From contig JAKSKV010000014.1 of NCBI GenBank assembly GCA_024401555.1, forward strand, positions 14,442 through 78,441: DNA of 64,000 nucleotides. The letters are read 5' to 3'. This stretch comes from Paludibacteraceae bacterium. Lineage in GTDB: Bacteria; Bacteroidota; Bacteroidia; Bacteroidales; Paludibacteraceae. Both the position numbers and the translations under genes were made by a program. Below are positions 1 to 8,967 of the stretch, one piece after another (positions within the stretch are counted from its first letter, which is position 1; each line of letters begins with the position of its first letter). Below the pieces are notes generated by a model. It saw only the letters and a list, made by a program, of their open reading frames with translations. It made no database searches and was not told where the DNA came from.

Positions 1-174
1 GTACTCCCAGGAGGTATCAAGAGATTCCCTGAGTCTCGTATTATTCCGCACCTTCTCGATCTCCTTTAATTGGCAAAAAGGAAAATCACGATCTTTGACA
101 TACTGAAGAAACATGAAACAAGGACAAAGACAACCAAAATCAGGTCTGGGTATGTCCCACATGTATTCGTACAT
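1..174 (-). CDS. hypothetical protein (5-prime part only; ORF runs off the left edge)
   Basis: ATG at 174-172 with an in-frame stop just upstream (204-202); open to nt 1. Translates MYEYMWDIPRPDFGCLCPCFMFLQYVKDRDFPFCQ...; Cys-rich; no family recognised. Confidence 0.3.
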   Translation of the reverse strand, partial: MYEYMWDIPRPDFGCLCPCFMFLQYVKDRDFPFCQLKEIEKVRNNTRLRESLDTSWEY

Positions 175-309
175 GAAGATTGGTAGCGCAATCTGGGCCT
201 TTTAATGGCCGTTCACGTCGATAGACTTCCGAAAGGATGCACGCCATCGCAGGTGTGACGGCCGCAACATTACTATTGTTTTACAGTTTTTCATCACGGT
301 ATTCACATC

Positions 310-339
310 CCTGCTAGCCTGTGAAGGTGGGCAGGTTTT
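310..339 (+). terminator. hairpin plus T-run (CCTGC / GCAGG stem, apical CC-UGUGAA-GG)
   Basis: cctgc tag cc tgtgaa gg tgg gcagg tttt read directly. Same apical motif as the hairpin at 1261-1296. Confidence 0.25.
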
Positions 340-368
340 CCGAACCACCTTTTAACAACTATATAATA

Positions 369-830
369 ATGACAAACAACTGGTACATCGTTTCTGTCGG
401 ACTCGAGCGAGTTCTCGAGACCGACACATCGAAAAAGGTTACCGAGAAGTACCTTGTCGATGCAATGACTCCTTCAGAGGCAGAGCTGAGACTTATCATG
501 GAACTTAAGGACGTAATCGTAGGAGAGTTTAAGGTCAAGTCTATTGTCGAAGAGAAAATCTCCGAAATGTTCTTCGGAGACTCTCCAGAAGGCAGCAAAT
601 GGTACAAGGCTGCAGTCAACCTCATTTCGCTTGACGAAAAGTCCGGAGCAGAGAAGAAGACGAAGTCCGTCATGTATATACTTGACACAGATATTGACAA
701 TGCGATCGTATCTCTTAAGAAAGGTATGAGGGGCACTGTGTTGGACTGGGAGATCTTCTCAATCACAGAGACTCAGATCATCGAGGTCGTTAATGCTGAT
801 AATCAGCAATCAGAGAGTAATAACAACTAA
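369..830 (+). CDS. DUF4494-like protein (Bacteroidota family)
   Basis: ATG at 369 inside the GTG-started track ORF 321..830. The pattern W-Y..V..........KKVTEKYLVDA...EAE.R......GEF.V ... WYKA.V.LI.LDEKSG.EKK resembles DUF4494 members. Confidence 0.55.
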   Translation: MTNNWYIVSVGLERVLETDTSKKVTEKYLVDAMTPSEAELRLIMELKDVIVGEFKVKSIVEEKISEMFFGDSPEGSKWYKAAVNLISLDEKSGAEKKTKSVMYILDTDIDNAIVSLKKGMRGTVLDWEIFSITETQIIEVVNADNQQSESNNN

Positions 831-880
831 TAATTTGCACGTACGCGCATCGTAATTAGAGTATTGATAGCAAGATAACT

Positions 881-888
881 TATATTTG
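881..888 (+). promoter_or_regulatory. Bacteroidota-type -7 box TAtaTTTG upstream of the tRNA cluster
   Basis: tatatttg matches TAnnTTTG; lies 54 nt upstream of the first tRNA. Confidence 0.4.
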
Positions 889-941
889 CCAATTTTAAGC
901 GTTTACCTGTCATTCAGCCGCCATTGGATGGCAGGGTTTAT

Positions 942-1013
942 GCCTTCATAGCTCAACGGACAGAGCAGCTGTTTCCTAAACAGCAGATATGCGTTCGATT
1001 CGCATTGGGGGTA
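942..1013 (+). tRNA. tRNA-Arg (anticodon CCT)
   Basis: Hand-folded cloverleaf: D arm gctc/gagc, anticodon stem gctgt/acagc, loop ttCCTaa, T arm atgcg-ttcgatt-cgcat. Acceptor stem gccttca/tgggggt has 3 G-U pairs; variable loop is 4 nt. Confidence 0.55.
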
Positions 1014-1136
1014 CATTCAAAATTTGCTATTTTCGGCGTTACGTGTTTGCATACACATAGTTGACAGCCAGCGGCAAGGCGTTAAACCGATGTACGAGGC
1101 AACATAACCTCGCGAGTCAGTGGAATGCTGGCAACT

Positions 1137-1208
1137 GCCTTTGTAGCTCAATGGTAGAGCGCTTCACCTGTAATGAAGATGTTGTCGGTTCGATCCCGGC
1201 CGGAGGCT
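1137..1208 (+). tRNA. tRNA-Thr (anticodon TGT)
   Basis: Acceptor gcctttg/cggaggc, D arm gctc-aatggta-gagc, anticodon stem cttca/tgaag with loop ccTGTaa, T arm gtcgg-ttcgatc-ccggc. Confidence 0.8.
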
Positions 1209-1260
1209 CATTAGGTGAATAGATTATCATAGCTAGGTTTAGGTTGATAATGTTAGTTAA

Positions 1261-1296
1261 ACATCGCCACCTGTGAAGGCAGCGATGTTTTGTTTT
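1261..1296 (+). terminator. hairpin plus T-run between tRNA-Thr and tRNA-Met
   Basis: acatcgc ca cc tgtgaa gg ca gcgatgt followed by ttttgtttt. Confidence 0.4.
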
Positions 1297-1361
1297 GCTC
1301 ATTATATGACGAAAGTCATGTGTAGCGGCTTCCGTGCTTGAGCCGTAAATCAAGCACAAAT

Positions 1362-1435
1362 GGTCTTGTAGCTCAGCGGTAAGTAGCGACGGCCTCATAA
1401 GCCGTGGGTCGTGGGTTCGAATCCCACCGAGACCA
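1362..1435 (+). tRNA. tRNA-Met or Ile2 (anticodon CAT), elongator-like
   Basis: Acceptor ggtcttg/cgagacc, anticodon stem acggc/gccgt with loop ctCATaa, T arm gtggg-ttcgaat-cccac. Confidence 0.8.
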
Positions 1436-1462
1436 CTAACCTCTGGAAAAAACAGAGAACTT

Positions 1463-1535
1463 GCTCCTATGGACAAATGGTTAAGTCGTCTGCCTTTCAC
1501 GCAGGAGATTACGGGTTCGAGTCCCGTTGGGAGTA
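1463..1535 (+). tRNA. tRNA-Glu (anticodon TTC)
   Basis: Acceptor gctccta/tgggagt (2 G-U pairs), short D stem gac/gtc, anticodon stem tctgc/gcagg with loop ctTTCac, T arm acggg-ttcgagt-cccgt. Confidence 0.7.
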
Positions 1536-1599
1536 CTTACAAACATGGCCTCATGTTGGAATGAGACCATTCCCTATGACTAACCAATCGAAAACTAAT

Positions 1600-2418
1600 A
1601 TGAACCAGATCAAGCAATTCTCTTACAACTCTTTTCCTGTTTCGTTCCAACTCGGCGAGGACAAGTACGTTAACGCCACTGAAATGGCTAAATGTTTTGG
1701 CAAAAGGCCAAATGATTGGCTTAATCTGCAGAGTACAAGCGAGTTCCTGAATACATTGTCAATTACAAGGAAAAATGGTAATTCTGATTATCAGGCAGTT
1801 ACTACAGTCAGAGGCTCAGCGGAAAACGGAGGAGGCACTTGGCTTCATGAAGATGCAGCGATAGAGTTTGCGCGTTGGCTTAGCCCAGAGTTCTCCATTT
1901 GGTGCAACGATCGTATCAAGGAGCTCATGAAGTACGGATTGACCGCGACTCCAATGACACTTGAATCCATACTCGCAGACCCAGGAGCAGCAGCTGAGAT
2001 CCTCCTTGCTCTCAAGGATGAGCGCGAACGTAACAAACAGCTCGCAGCGGATAATGCAGAGAAGCAGCGTAAGATTGCACTCGACGCACCAAAAGTTAAC
2101 TATGCTAACGCAGTGGCCAATTCGGAGACTCTCTGTACAGTTTGCGAACTTGCGCACATCCTAAAGCAGCATGGCATGAATACGGGCCAGAACAGGTTGT
2201 ATGACTTACTCAGACGTGATGAGTATATCTTCAAGAACTCTTGCGAGCCTACACAGAAGTCACTCGACCTCGAATTATTTAGAATCGTTGAATCCAGCAG
2301 GGTTACTCCTAGTGGCACTTACGTAGATAGAACAACGAAGGTTACGCAGAAGGGCAAGGAATACTTCATCAACAAGTACTGCCCAACAACTCCAAGCCTA
2401 CTAGATTCTTTAGAATAA
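1600..2418 (+). CDS. KilA-N domain / KilAC antirepressor-like protein
   Basis: Track ORF 1411..2418 overlaps two tRNAs, so it was trimmed to ATG 1600 (alternatives 1561, 1576). N-terminal FQLGEDKYVNATEMAKCFGKRPNDWLNLQSTSEFL is KilA-N-like. C-terminal CTVCELAHILKQHGMNTGQNRLYDLLR is KilAC-like. Confidence 0.7.
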   Translation: MNQIKQFSYNSFPVSFQLGEDKYVNATEMAKCFGKRPNDWLNLQSTSEFLNTLSITRKNGNSDYQAVTTVRGSAENGGGTWLHEDAAIEFARWLSPEFSIWCNDRIKELMKYGLTATPMTLESILADPGAAAEILLALKDERERNKQLAADNAEKQRKIALDAPKVNYANAVANSETLCTVCELAHILKQHGMNTGQNRLYDLLRRDEYIFKNSCEPTQKSLDLELFRIVESSRVTPSGTYVDRTTKVTQKGKEYFINKYCPTTPSLLDSLE

Positions 2419-2432
2419 AAAAACTTACGAAT

Positions 2433-2519
2433 ATGAAATCAGTTAATCCATTCTTTATCCTGTATCTTGTCCTGGCAGTGATAATCGGAGCTTATTCTTT
2501 CTACAGGCTCATCAAATGA
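2433..2519 (+). CDS. 28-aa hydrophobic peptide (MKSVNPFFILYLVLAVIIGAYSFYRLIK)
   Basis: ATG-to-TGA ORF below the track size cutoff; one predicted transmembrane helix; sits in a gap between genes. Confidence 0.25.
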   Translation: MKSVNPFFILYLVLAVIIGAYSFYRLIK

Positions 2520-2605
2520 GCCGACAGTCGGATCTACGATCAGTTGTTTACTCGCATTGTTCGTCTGCGGCTATGCTGCGTATTTAATTCAGAAGGGAGA
2601 CAACG

Positions 2606-2719
2606 ATGAAGAAGAACAATAAGAGCATGGAGGGTGTGGCCTGCTGCATAGCGGCTCTCGTATCCATCGCAATAGCTTCTTGCGCTATTGCGATTTTTGC
2701 TTTCTGGATAGTCAAGTAA
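2606..2719 (+). CDS. 37-aa membrane peptide (MKKNNKSMEGVACCIAALVSIAIASCAIAIFAFWIVK)
   Basis: ATG preceded by the purine-rich agaagggaga. Stop lies 3 nt before the next gene's ATG. One transmembrane helix. Confidence 0.3.
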   Translation: MKKNNKSMEGVACCIAALVSIAIASCAIAIFAFWIVK

Positions 2720-2722
2720 ACT

Positions 2723-3670
2723 ATGCAGCTGCTATTACAACAAGAGGAGTTCACAAAGTTGTCTTTCGCACAAAGGTCAGTCCTGATGGAGTTACTTATG
2801 TTCTCAAACGAGTTCGGAGTAGTGCAGAAGCTGGAAGGTCAGCTGTCGGCGGAAACCAACATCCCGAGGACATCGTTAAGGCGCATTTTAGAAGCTCTTA
2901 AAACAGCAGGTTATATTGAATTCCAAAATTCCAAACAAGATTCCAATGGACGAAAAGTGAAGTCTGTATCTATTTGTAATTTCGACAGTTACAAGTCGAT
3001 TCCAAGATTCCAAAATAATTTCCAAATCCAAGTTAGCAAACCTGGTCGCGGAGAGCTTGGCCCGTACATAAGATCAAAGGGATATAAGTTCACCGTGAAG
3101 TCATTCACTGACTACGAGAACGCTCATGCTTGGTCAGGAAACCAAGGAGACACATGGCAAGACCTCTGTGATAGATTTGCACTAACAGATGAGGCTGCGG
3201 CGAATGCAAACAGAAGAGACTTATTCACTCCGCCATCCGAAGACGAGGCGAAAGAGGTATACCGCGAAGGTGGGTATCACTTCGACATCGAGAAGTTCTA
3301 CTCGCATTATTCTTCTAACGGATGGAGGGTCGGAAGAGTCAAGATGTGTGATCTTCGTTCTGCGATGGATACTTGGGAGAAGAGCTACAAGGAGAGCCAT
3401 CCAGAAGCGTTCGTCGTTTCAGCTCCAAAGACAGCAGTCGAGTTAGAATACGAGAAGGCAATGGTCGAACGATTCCCAAGGCTGATGGCTGTGGCTTATC
3501 CGCTCACCCTGGCGCAGTACAATCATCTTAAAACCGAAGCGCTAAGCCGCAACGAAATAGACAAATTAGTAGGTGTCTTGACCAGACTAAACGGAGGAGA
3601 CCTGTCACGAGTTAAGGTGGCATATGACATCATATGCGCTATGATGAATTACGAAAAGAAGATACTATAA
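2723..3670 (+). CDS. replication initiator / helicase-loader-like protein with N-terminal winged-HTH
   Basis: LSAETNIPRTSLRRILEALKTAGYIEF is HTH-like. Its stop overlaps the dnaB start (TAATG), indicating translational coupling to the helicase. Confidence 0.45.
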   Translation: MQLLLQQEEFTKLSFAQRSVLMELLMFSNEFGVVQKLEGQLSAETNIPRTSLRRILEALKTAGYIEFQNSKQDSNGRKVKSVSICNFDSYKSIPRFQNNFQIQVSKPGRGELGPYIRSKGYKFTVKSFTDYENAHAWSGNQGDTWQDLCDRFALTDEAAANANRRDLFTPPSEDEAKEVYREGGYHFDIEKFYSHYSSNGWRVGRVKMCDLRSAMDTWEKSYKESHPEAFVVSAPKTAVELEYEKAMVERFPRLMAVAYPLTLAQYNHLKTEALSRNEIDKLVGVLTRLNGGDLSRVKVAYDIICAMMNYEKKIL

Positions 3671-5106
3671 TGACACAAATGCAAACACCAGAAACGGTTC
3701 CAGTCCTTACGCACGATGAACAGGCGGAACGATCGCTTATATCGCTTCTCCTCTCCCATCCGAATCTGTACGCCAACTTGCAAGAGCAGCTTCCAGACGA
3801 CATATTTTATGACGCTAAGGCTTCTCTGATATTCAAGTGCATCAAGGAGGTTGATAAGGATGGCGATGAGATTGACATGGTATCCGTAACCATGAAGGCG
3901 ATGCAGGCTCATCCGGAGATCTCTGCTTACGACATAGCAATGATAGCAGATGAGGACAAGAGCAATGACGCATCGTACCTCGTTCGAGTTCTCAATTCTC
4001 TTAGGCAACGTCGCAGAATGTGGATGCTCGGAAAGTCTGTTGCAAGTAAATGTGAAGGACTCGACGGCAATATCATTGAGATTATCGAGGAGTTCAGAAA
4101 GAATCTTGAAAGCATCTCAGAGGTTGATAAGAAATACGTGTTTTCTCTTGAAGATACAGTCGCCGACGTGATGAAGGATGTGAATGCTCGTCGCAACCCG
4201 GAGTGGAAACCTAATGGAACGATGACAGGATTCATGGAGCTTGACCGCGTCGGAGGATTCCAGCCTGCTGATCTTGTTATTGTTGCAGCAGAGTCTTCTT
4301 CAGGTAAAACGTCATTCGCGATGTCGGCAACTCTTAACGCGATAAAGCGTGGAAGGAAAGTAGCTTTCTACAGCATGGAGATGACCAGGCAGCAGCTCGC
4401 AGCAAGACTCCTGTCAATGGAAACAGGAATATCATCGTCAGCAATACGAAACGAACCTCTATGCGGATTCGAACTTGACAGGCTCGCTGCCAAACAGAAG
4501 GAGATTGTAGACACGATGTCCGGCAGGCTGTTCTTCGATGACCGCTCCACCTCAAACCTCGACACGATTCTCGCCTCCATCCGTTCCATGAAGCTCAAGT
4601 ATGACATCGACGGAGTAGTGGTAGACTACATACAGATTCTGTCAGTCAACATGGGTGGCCGCAAGTCCACGACCGAGGAGCAGATCATAGGCGAGGCTGC
4701 ACGCCGTCTTAAGAACATAGCCAAGGATCTCGGCATCTGGGTCATGACTCTTTCGCAGCTTTCGCGCGACCGCGAGAACCCTGAGCCTAACCTCAACCGA
4801 ATGCGTGGCTCCGGCCAGATTAACGAGGCTGCGGACATCACATTACTTATATATAGGCCAGAGGCAGTCAAGCCTTTCGACTCTATGCGCACGTTCCCAG
4901 AGCCTTTCAAGGACAAGGACATTCGTGGCACGGCTATGGTTACTGTAGCCAAGGGCCGAAATACAGGCACATGCGAGTTCCTGTGCGGGTTTGACGCGAA
5001 CCGGACGCTCTTCTATCCGAAAGACATCAAGGACATCGGCCCTCATGTAGGAGTCCCATCAATGACAACAAACAACACCAAAAACGGAGTTTCCGCTCCA
5101 TTCTGA
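3670..5106 (+). CDS. dnaB: replicative DNA helicase, DnaB family
   Basis: DnaB N-terminal domain (AERSLISLLLSHPNLY), Walker A AAESSSGKTS, MEMTRQQLAARLLS, DYIQIL, SQLSRDRE, RGSGQINEAADI. Confidence 0.9.
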   Translation: MTQMQTPETVPVLTHDEQAERSLISLLLSHPNLYANLQEQLPDDIFYDAKASLIFKCIKEVDKDGDEIDMVSVTMKAMQAHPEISAYDIAMIADEDKSNDASYLVRVLNSLRQRRRMWMLGKSVASKCEGLDGNIIEIIEEFRKNLESISEVDKKYVFSLEDTVADVMKDVNARRNPEWKPNGTMTGFMELDRVGGFQPADLVIVAAESSSGKTSFAMSATLNAIKRGRKVAFYSMEMTRQQLAARLLSMETGISSSAIRNEPLCGFELDRLAAKQKEIVDTMSGRLFFDDRSTSNLDTILASIRSMKLKYDIDGVVVDYIQILSVNMGGRKSTTEEQIIGEAARRLKNIAKDLGIWVMTLSQLSRDRENPEPNLNRMRGSGQINEAADITLLIYRPEAVKPFDSMRTFPEPFKDKDIRGTAMVTVAKGRNTGTCEFLCGFDANRTLFYPKDIKDIGPHVGVPSMTTNNTKNGVSAPF

Positions 5107-5108
5107 CA

Positions 5109-5303
5109 ATGCCGACAACCGAAGAACACAAGCTCAAACACGATGCAGAGATGATCCATCTTGCCCATAGCGCATCTCATCTCGACGACATCTTCACCAG
5201 TCTTGCCAACAACTGCTACTTCGACGACTCCCGACGCGAGATTCAGCGCATTTGGAGGCTCAAATGGCGTTCCCATAACCATCAAACAAACTTACAGCAA
5301 TGA
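5109..5303 (+). CDS. hypothetical protein
   Basis: Tightly packed ORF; overlaps the next gene start (5300) by 4 nt. Confidence 0.4.
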   Translation: MPTTEEHKLKHDAEMIHLAHSASHLDDIFTSLANNCYFDDSRREIQRIWRLKWRSHNHQTNLQQ

Positions 5304-5632
5304 CATTCAAAACCAAGTTCAACGTGCTCGACAAGCTCTATGCTGTCGTTCACTTCTTGGATGAGAGGGATTTATCTACATCCTACATCATCTTCCATGG
5401 CACAATCCGTTCCGTCTCAGCCATCGAGTCCTTTAGCGAGGGGAATATCTTAACATCGGTGTTCTACACGTTCGACAACATCGACACTCCTACCGGATGT
5501 GACGAGAAAGGCCACCTAACATACAAAGATCCAGTAGTGATTGAGAGATGCTGCTTCCTCACAGAACAGGAGGCTAAGGACTATGTCAATCTCATGCACT
5601 ATACACTCCGCTTATCAGAACCTGCCGTATGA
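5300..5632 (+). CDS. hypothetical protein
   Basis: ORF overlapping both neighbours by 4 nt. Confidence 0.45.
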   Translation: MTFKTKFNVLDKLYAVVHFLDERDLSTSYIIFHGTIRSVSAIESFSEGNILTSVFYTFDNIDTPTGCDEKGHLTYKDPVVIERCCFLTEQEAKDYVNLMHYTLRLSEPAV

Positions 5633-6792
5633 AGATAACAGTCAACTCCAAGGATTTTGCCGACAGGATATCAGCCGTCGGCAAGATCATTCCAGACAAA
5701 CGCACCCTGCCTGCCCTTACCAAGATGCTGCTCAACATCACCGCAGAGCACATCTACATCACAGGCAGCAATGGCGATGGCATCACCGTGATGACTTCCG
5801 TCGCAGTCAACAGCTTCGACTTCCAAGAGAACGTCAAGGTGTGTGTAGACTACAAGGTCCTTGGGAATGCATTGAAGGGAATACCATCGCAGGTAGTTGA
5901 ACTCGAAATAAAGAGCATCAGCATAATCGTATCGCACATGTCTGGATGTTTCTCTATTGCCACATCAAACGGAGATGAATATATTGTGCCAAAGGCGGTG
6001 ACACCTGTGCATACTACAGTCGTCCCTGGCGAACAGCTTATCAAGGGCATCACATCAACATCATCCTGCATAATAGAAGATCTCAAGTACCGTCCTATCA
6101 TGAGCTGCATGTGTATCGACCAGAGAACAGACAAGCTTGCCTTCGCTGGCTTCAACACGAAAAGCGGAATGATTTGCACAGTTCCTGTCGAGTCCAAGGA
6201 GCCATGGAAGATAATCGTTCCAATAGCAGCAACGAAATTCCTGAAAGGCGTGCTCAACAAGAAATCTGCAGTCAGGATCGATGATTGCGAAACTCATGCA
6301 AGATTTACATGCAGCATCGGTTCAGAGGTGATGTCTTCCATGTCGATATCAATCCAGATGCTTGAAGGAAAGTATCCTCCTTACGAGAAAACAATACCGT
6401 CGGAATACACGGCATCCATAACATTCGACCGCAGTACAATCACAAATGTTCTCGATCGAATCAGTAACTTTATAGACGAAGCGTCCGGTCTCGTCTCGAT
6501 TACAATGGTTGACAGCAACAATGTGTCAATCGAAGGCCGAGATGTAGTAAACGCTAATGAGGCTGTAGAGAAGGTTACCTGCGACTGCACTGGTAATATG
6601 TATACGTTCAATGTCAACTGCAAGGCTCTTCACGACATTCTGAAGGAGATGACATCTACAGACGTTATGCTTTCTATAGCAAGGCCGGACAAGGGAATTC
6701 TAATATCTTCAGCATCTGCTGCAGAAGACGTCGAGCTTAGGTCTTTAATTATGCCAATGGTATATCCAAATAATCCGAATCAAGCACAATAA
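5629..6792 (+). CDS. dnaN: DNA polymerase III beta sliding clamp-like protein
   Basis: 387 aa. N-terminus MKITVNSKDFADRISAVGKIIPDKRTLPALTKMLLNI matches the DnaN N-terminal pattern. Length is consistent with three clamp domains. Confidence 0.75.
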   Translation: MKITVNSKDFADRISAVGKIIPDKRTLPALTKMLLNITAEHIYITGSNGDGITVMTSVAVNSFDFQENVKVCVDYKVLGNALKGIPSQVVELEIKSISIIVSHMSGCFSIATSNGDEYIVPKAVTPVHTTVVPGEQLIKGITSTSSCIIEDLKYRPIMSCMCIDQRTDKLAFAGFNTKSGMICTVPVESKEPWKIIVPIAATKFLKGVLNKKSAVRIDDCETHARFTCSIGSEVMSSMSISIQMLEGKYPPYEKTIPSEYTASITFDRSTITNVLDRISNFIDEASGLVSITMVDSNNVSIEGRDVVNANEAVEKVTCDCTGNMYTFNVNCKALHDILKEMTSTDVMLSIARPDKGILISSASAAEDVELRSLIMPMVYPNNPNQAQ

Positions 6793-6793
6793 T

Positions 6794-7798
6794 ATGGAAT
6801 CAATTCAATTCAGACTATCAAACGAAGAGTATCACCACGGAGCCGAATATAACACATGGCTCAGCTCTTCGCAACTCAAGGATTACCTCGTGTCTCCAAA
6901 ATATGCTTACGAGATGCGACAGCCAGAAAATAATCGTGAGCAGACAGAGTCAATGCGTCGAGGAACACTCTTTCACGACTGCATGGAGTTCGTTGTAAAC
7001 GGAGGATCCGTAACAGACTATATTGCTACTCTTGCAATGTTTGCTCCTCCATTTAACCCAAAGACCGGAGCTCCGTACGGATCTGCTACAAAGGCTTATC
7101 AGGAAGCATACCAGGAGTGGCTGTCTTCTGACGACGTATCTGGCAAGACTGTCATTACTCAAGCAGACAGAGACTACATAATCAAGATGGCTTCTGCCGC
7201 TCTCAAGAACGACGTAGTAAGCAAGATGATCAAGGCTGGCAAACCAGACGACTCGCTTGTCAAGGGCCCGGAAATCTCGTTCTTCTACGAAGGCAAGACT
7301 CCAGGAGGTAATCCTCTAAAGACTAAGTGCCGTCCAGATCTTCTTACCAAGGTTCGCTGCATCGACTGGAAATCAACGTCAGCCAAGTCATTGACCGCAG
7401 ATGAGATTGGCAAGATTATCTATCAGTACGGCTACGGAATCAGCTGCGCGATGTATCAATATATCCTGTATAAACTGACAGGCAAATTCTATGAGTTCCT
7501 ATGGGTATTCGTGTCTACAGAAACGTACGACTGTGTGGTGTGCGGCTCTCAGAACATCGGATTTACATCGGCAGAAGACCTCGAAGTATTCGACAACGAT
7601 ACAGAGGGCGTATGCGTATTTAATCCTGGCGTAATGCAGTTCCGCGAGCTCCTCAACCTTCACTGTCACTGCATCGACACCAACTCTTGGGAGATCGGCA
7701 GCGAGGTGTTCACCGAGCCGGATGCAAACGGCAACAGAATCATCGAGCCTTCGATGCCTGCATGGGCAATCAAGAATCCTATTAAGGCGTATGTATAA
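6794..7798 (+). CDS. PD-(D/E)XK exonuclease (RecE/RecB-family, partner of RecT)
   Basis: RGTLFHDCME ... CRPDLL ... IDWKSTS gives a D...D/E-x-K nuclease signature. Located immediately upstream of recT. Confidence 0.65.
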   Translation: MESIQFRLSNEEYHHGAEYNTWLSSSQLKDYLVSPKYAYEMRQPENNREQTESMRRGTLFHDCMEFVVNGGSVTDYIATLAMFAPPFNPKTGAPYGSATKAYQEAYQEWLSSDDVSGKTVITQADRDYIIKMASAALKNDVVSKMIKAGKPDDSLVKGPEISFFYEGKTPGGNPLKTKCRPDLLTKVRCIDWKSTSAKSLTADEIGKIIYQYGYGISCAMYQYILYKLTGKFYEFLWVFVSTETYDCVVCGSQNIGFTSAEDLEVFDNDTEGVCVFNPGVMQFRELLNLHCHCIDTNSWEIGSEVFTEPDANGNRIIEPSMPAWAIKNPIKAYV

Positions 7799-7801
7799 CC
7801 A

Positions 7802-7939
7802 ATGGAAACAAGACAGCAGGAACAAAATTCTCAACCGTCCGCAGACAGAATCAGAACCAGACCCAATCAAGGATCTGGTCCTGTTCAACACAGTGACTCT
7901 TCGCCGATGTTTGCGGCGTTGATTGGAATGTACTACTAA
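7802..7939 (+). CDS. 45-aa hypothetical peptide
   Basis: ATG 3 nt after the upstream stop. Low-complexity sequence METRQQEQNSQPSADRIRTRPNQGSGPVQHSDSSPMFAALIGMYY. Confidence 0.2.
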   Translation: METRQQEQNSQPSADRIRTRPNQGSGPVQHSDSSPMFAALIGMYY

Positions 7940-7952
7940 ATAATAATATATC

Positions 7953-8888
7953 ATGCCAAATCAAGAACAAGCTGTAGCCACGCAGCAACAAAATGTGGCA
8001 GTACAAGCAGCGGCAGCATTCAATCCGCTCAATGGTGTTCATCTTACGAATGAGCTTCAACCATACGCAGGAGCTCTCGCAGCACCTTATGATCAGTTTG
8101 TAGCTGCTTTCGATTCTATCGAAGAAGGACGCAAGGTGTGGAATCGAGAGATAGGTTTCGTTGTGATGGCACTCACATCCGAGAAGGGAGCCGCTCTTAG
8201 ACGATGTCTTATGACAAAACCGCTCGAGCTGATTAACGCAGTAAAGACAATCGGTATCTCAGGATTATCGCTTAACCCGGCATTGAAGCAAGGGTATCTA
8301 TATGATTTCAAGGGATGTGTAACATTTGTTCCTTCTTATACTGGCCTTGCTGACATTCTTACGAGAACAGGACTTGTTAGCAAGATAGATGCGAACCTCG
8401 TATACAAGAACGATTTCTTCGAAATTGAATATGGAGGTAATGAGCATCTGACTCACAAACCAAATCCATTCGGTGGTAGCCGTACAGATAATGATATCAT
8501 TGGAGGCTATTGGTATGCTACACTACCTGACGGAACAAGGAAATTCGGCACTATGGATATAGCGGAAATACGCAAAGTACAAAACGCATCTCCTGCCGGC
8601 AAGTCAGGGCCATGGGTTAGCTGGTTTACAGAGATGGCCAAGAAAACTCTCGTACGTCGCGCATTTAAGAACCTCCCACATGTCGGTATTTCTGACAACA
8701 ACCTCAAGGTAATCGAGACCGTAATGAAGGCAGATGATACGCTATTCTTCGACCCTAATGAACAAAAGAAGAATACGTCATATCATTCCAACTTCGAAGA
8801 AGTCGAGGAGGTTCCGTCAGAGCCTGTTCAGCAGACAGCTCCTACTCCACAACCCGACGCTCCACAGCCCGTCGACATTCCACAGTAA
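7953..8888 (+). CDS. recT: RecT-family single-strand annealing recombinase
   Basis: SLNPALKQGYLY, VTFVPSYTGLADIL, GGYWYATLPDGT..FGTM, PWVSWFTEMAKKTLVRRAFKNLP. Confidence 0.85.
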   Translation: MPNQEQAVATQQQNVAVQAAAAFNPLNGVHLTNELQPYAGALAAPYDQFVAAFDSIEEGRKVWNREIGFVVMALTSEKGAALRRCLMTKPLELINAVKTIGISGLSLNPALKQGYLYDFKGCVTFVPSYTGLADILTRTGLVSKIDANLVYKNDFFEIEYGGNEHLTHKPNPFGGSRTDNDIIGGYWYATLPDGTRKFGTMDIAEIRKVQNASPAGKSGPWVSWFTEMAKKTLVRRAFKNLPHVGISDNNLKVIETVMKADDTLFFDPNEQKKNTSYHSNFEEVEEVPSEPVQQTAPTPQPDAPQPVDIPQ

Positions 8889-8921
8889 ACCATCTGTCAT
8901 AACGTAAGTTTTTTTTATTTT

Positions 8922-8948
8922 CCTCCTCGCCACGGCGGGGAGGTTTTT
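8922..8948 (+). terminator. intrinsic terminator after recT
   Basis: cctcctcgcc ac ggcggggagg followed by ttttt. Confidence 0.6.
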
Positions 8949-8967
8949 AATTTCAAACTATACTGAT

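Noticed and set aside
1411-1599. N-terminal extension of track ORF 1411..2418, and antisense ORF 1117..1500
   Set aside because: Both lie on top of the tRNA-Met and tRNA-Glu (and tRNA-Thr) sequences. The GTG start at 1411 is the T-arm of tRNA-Met. The KilA-N homology begins after ATG 1600.
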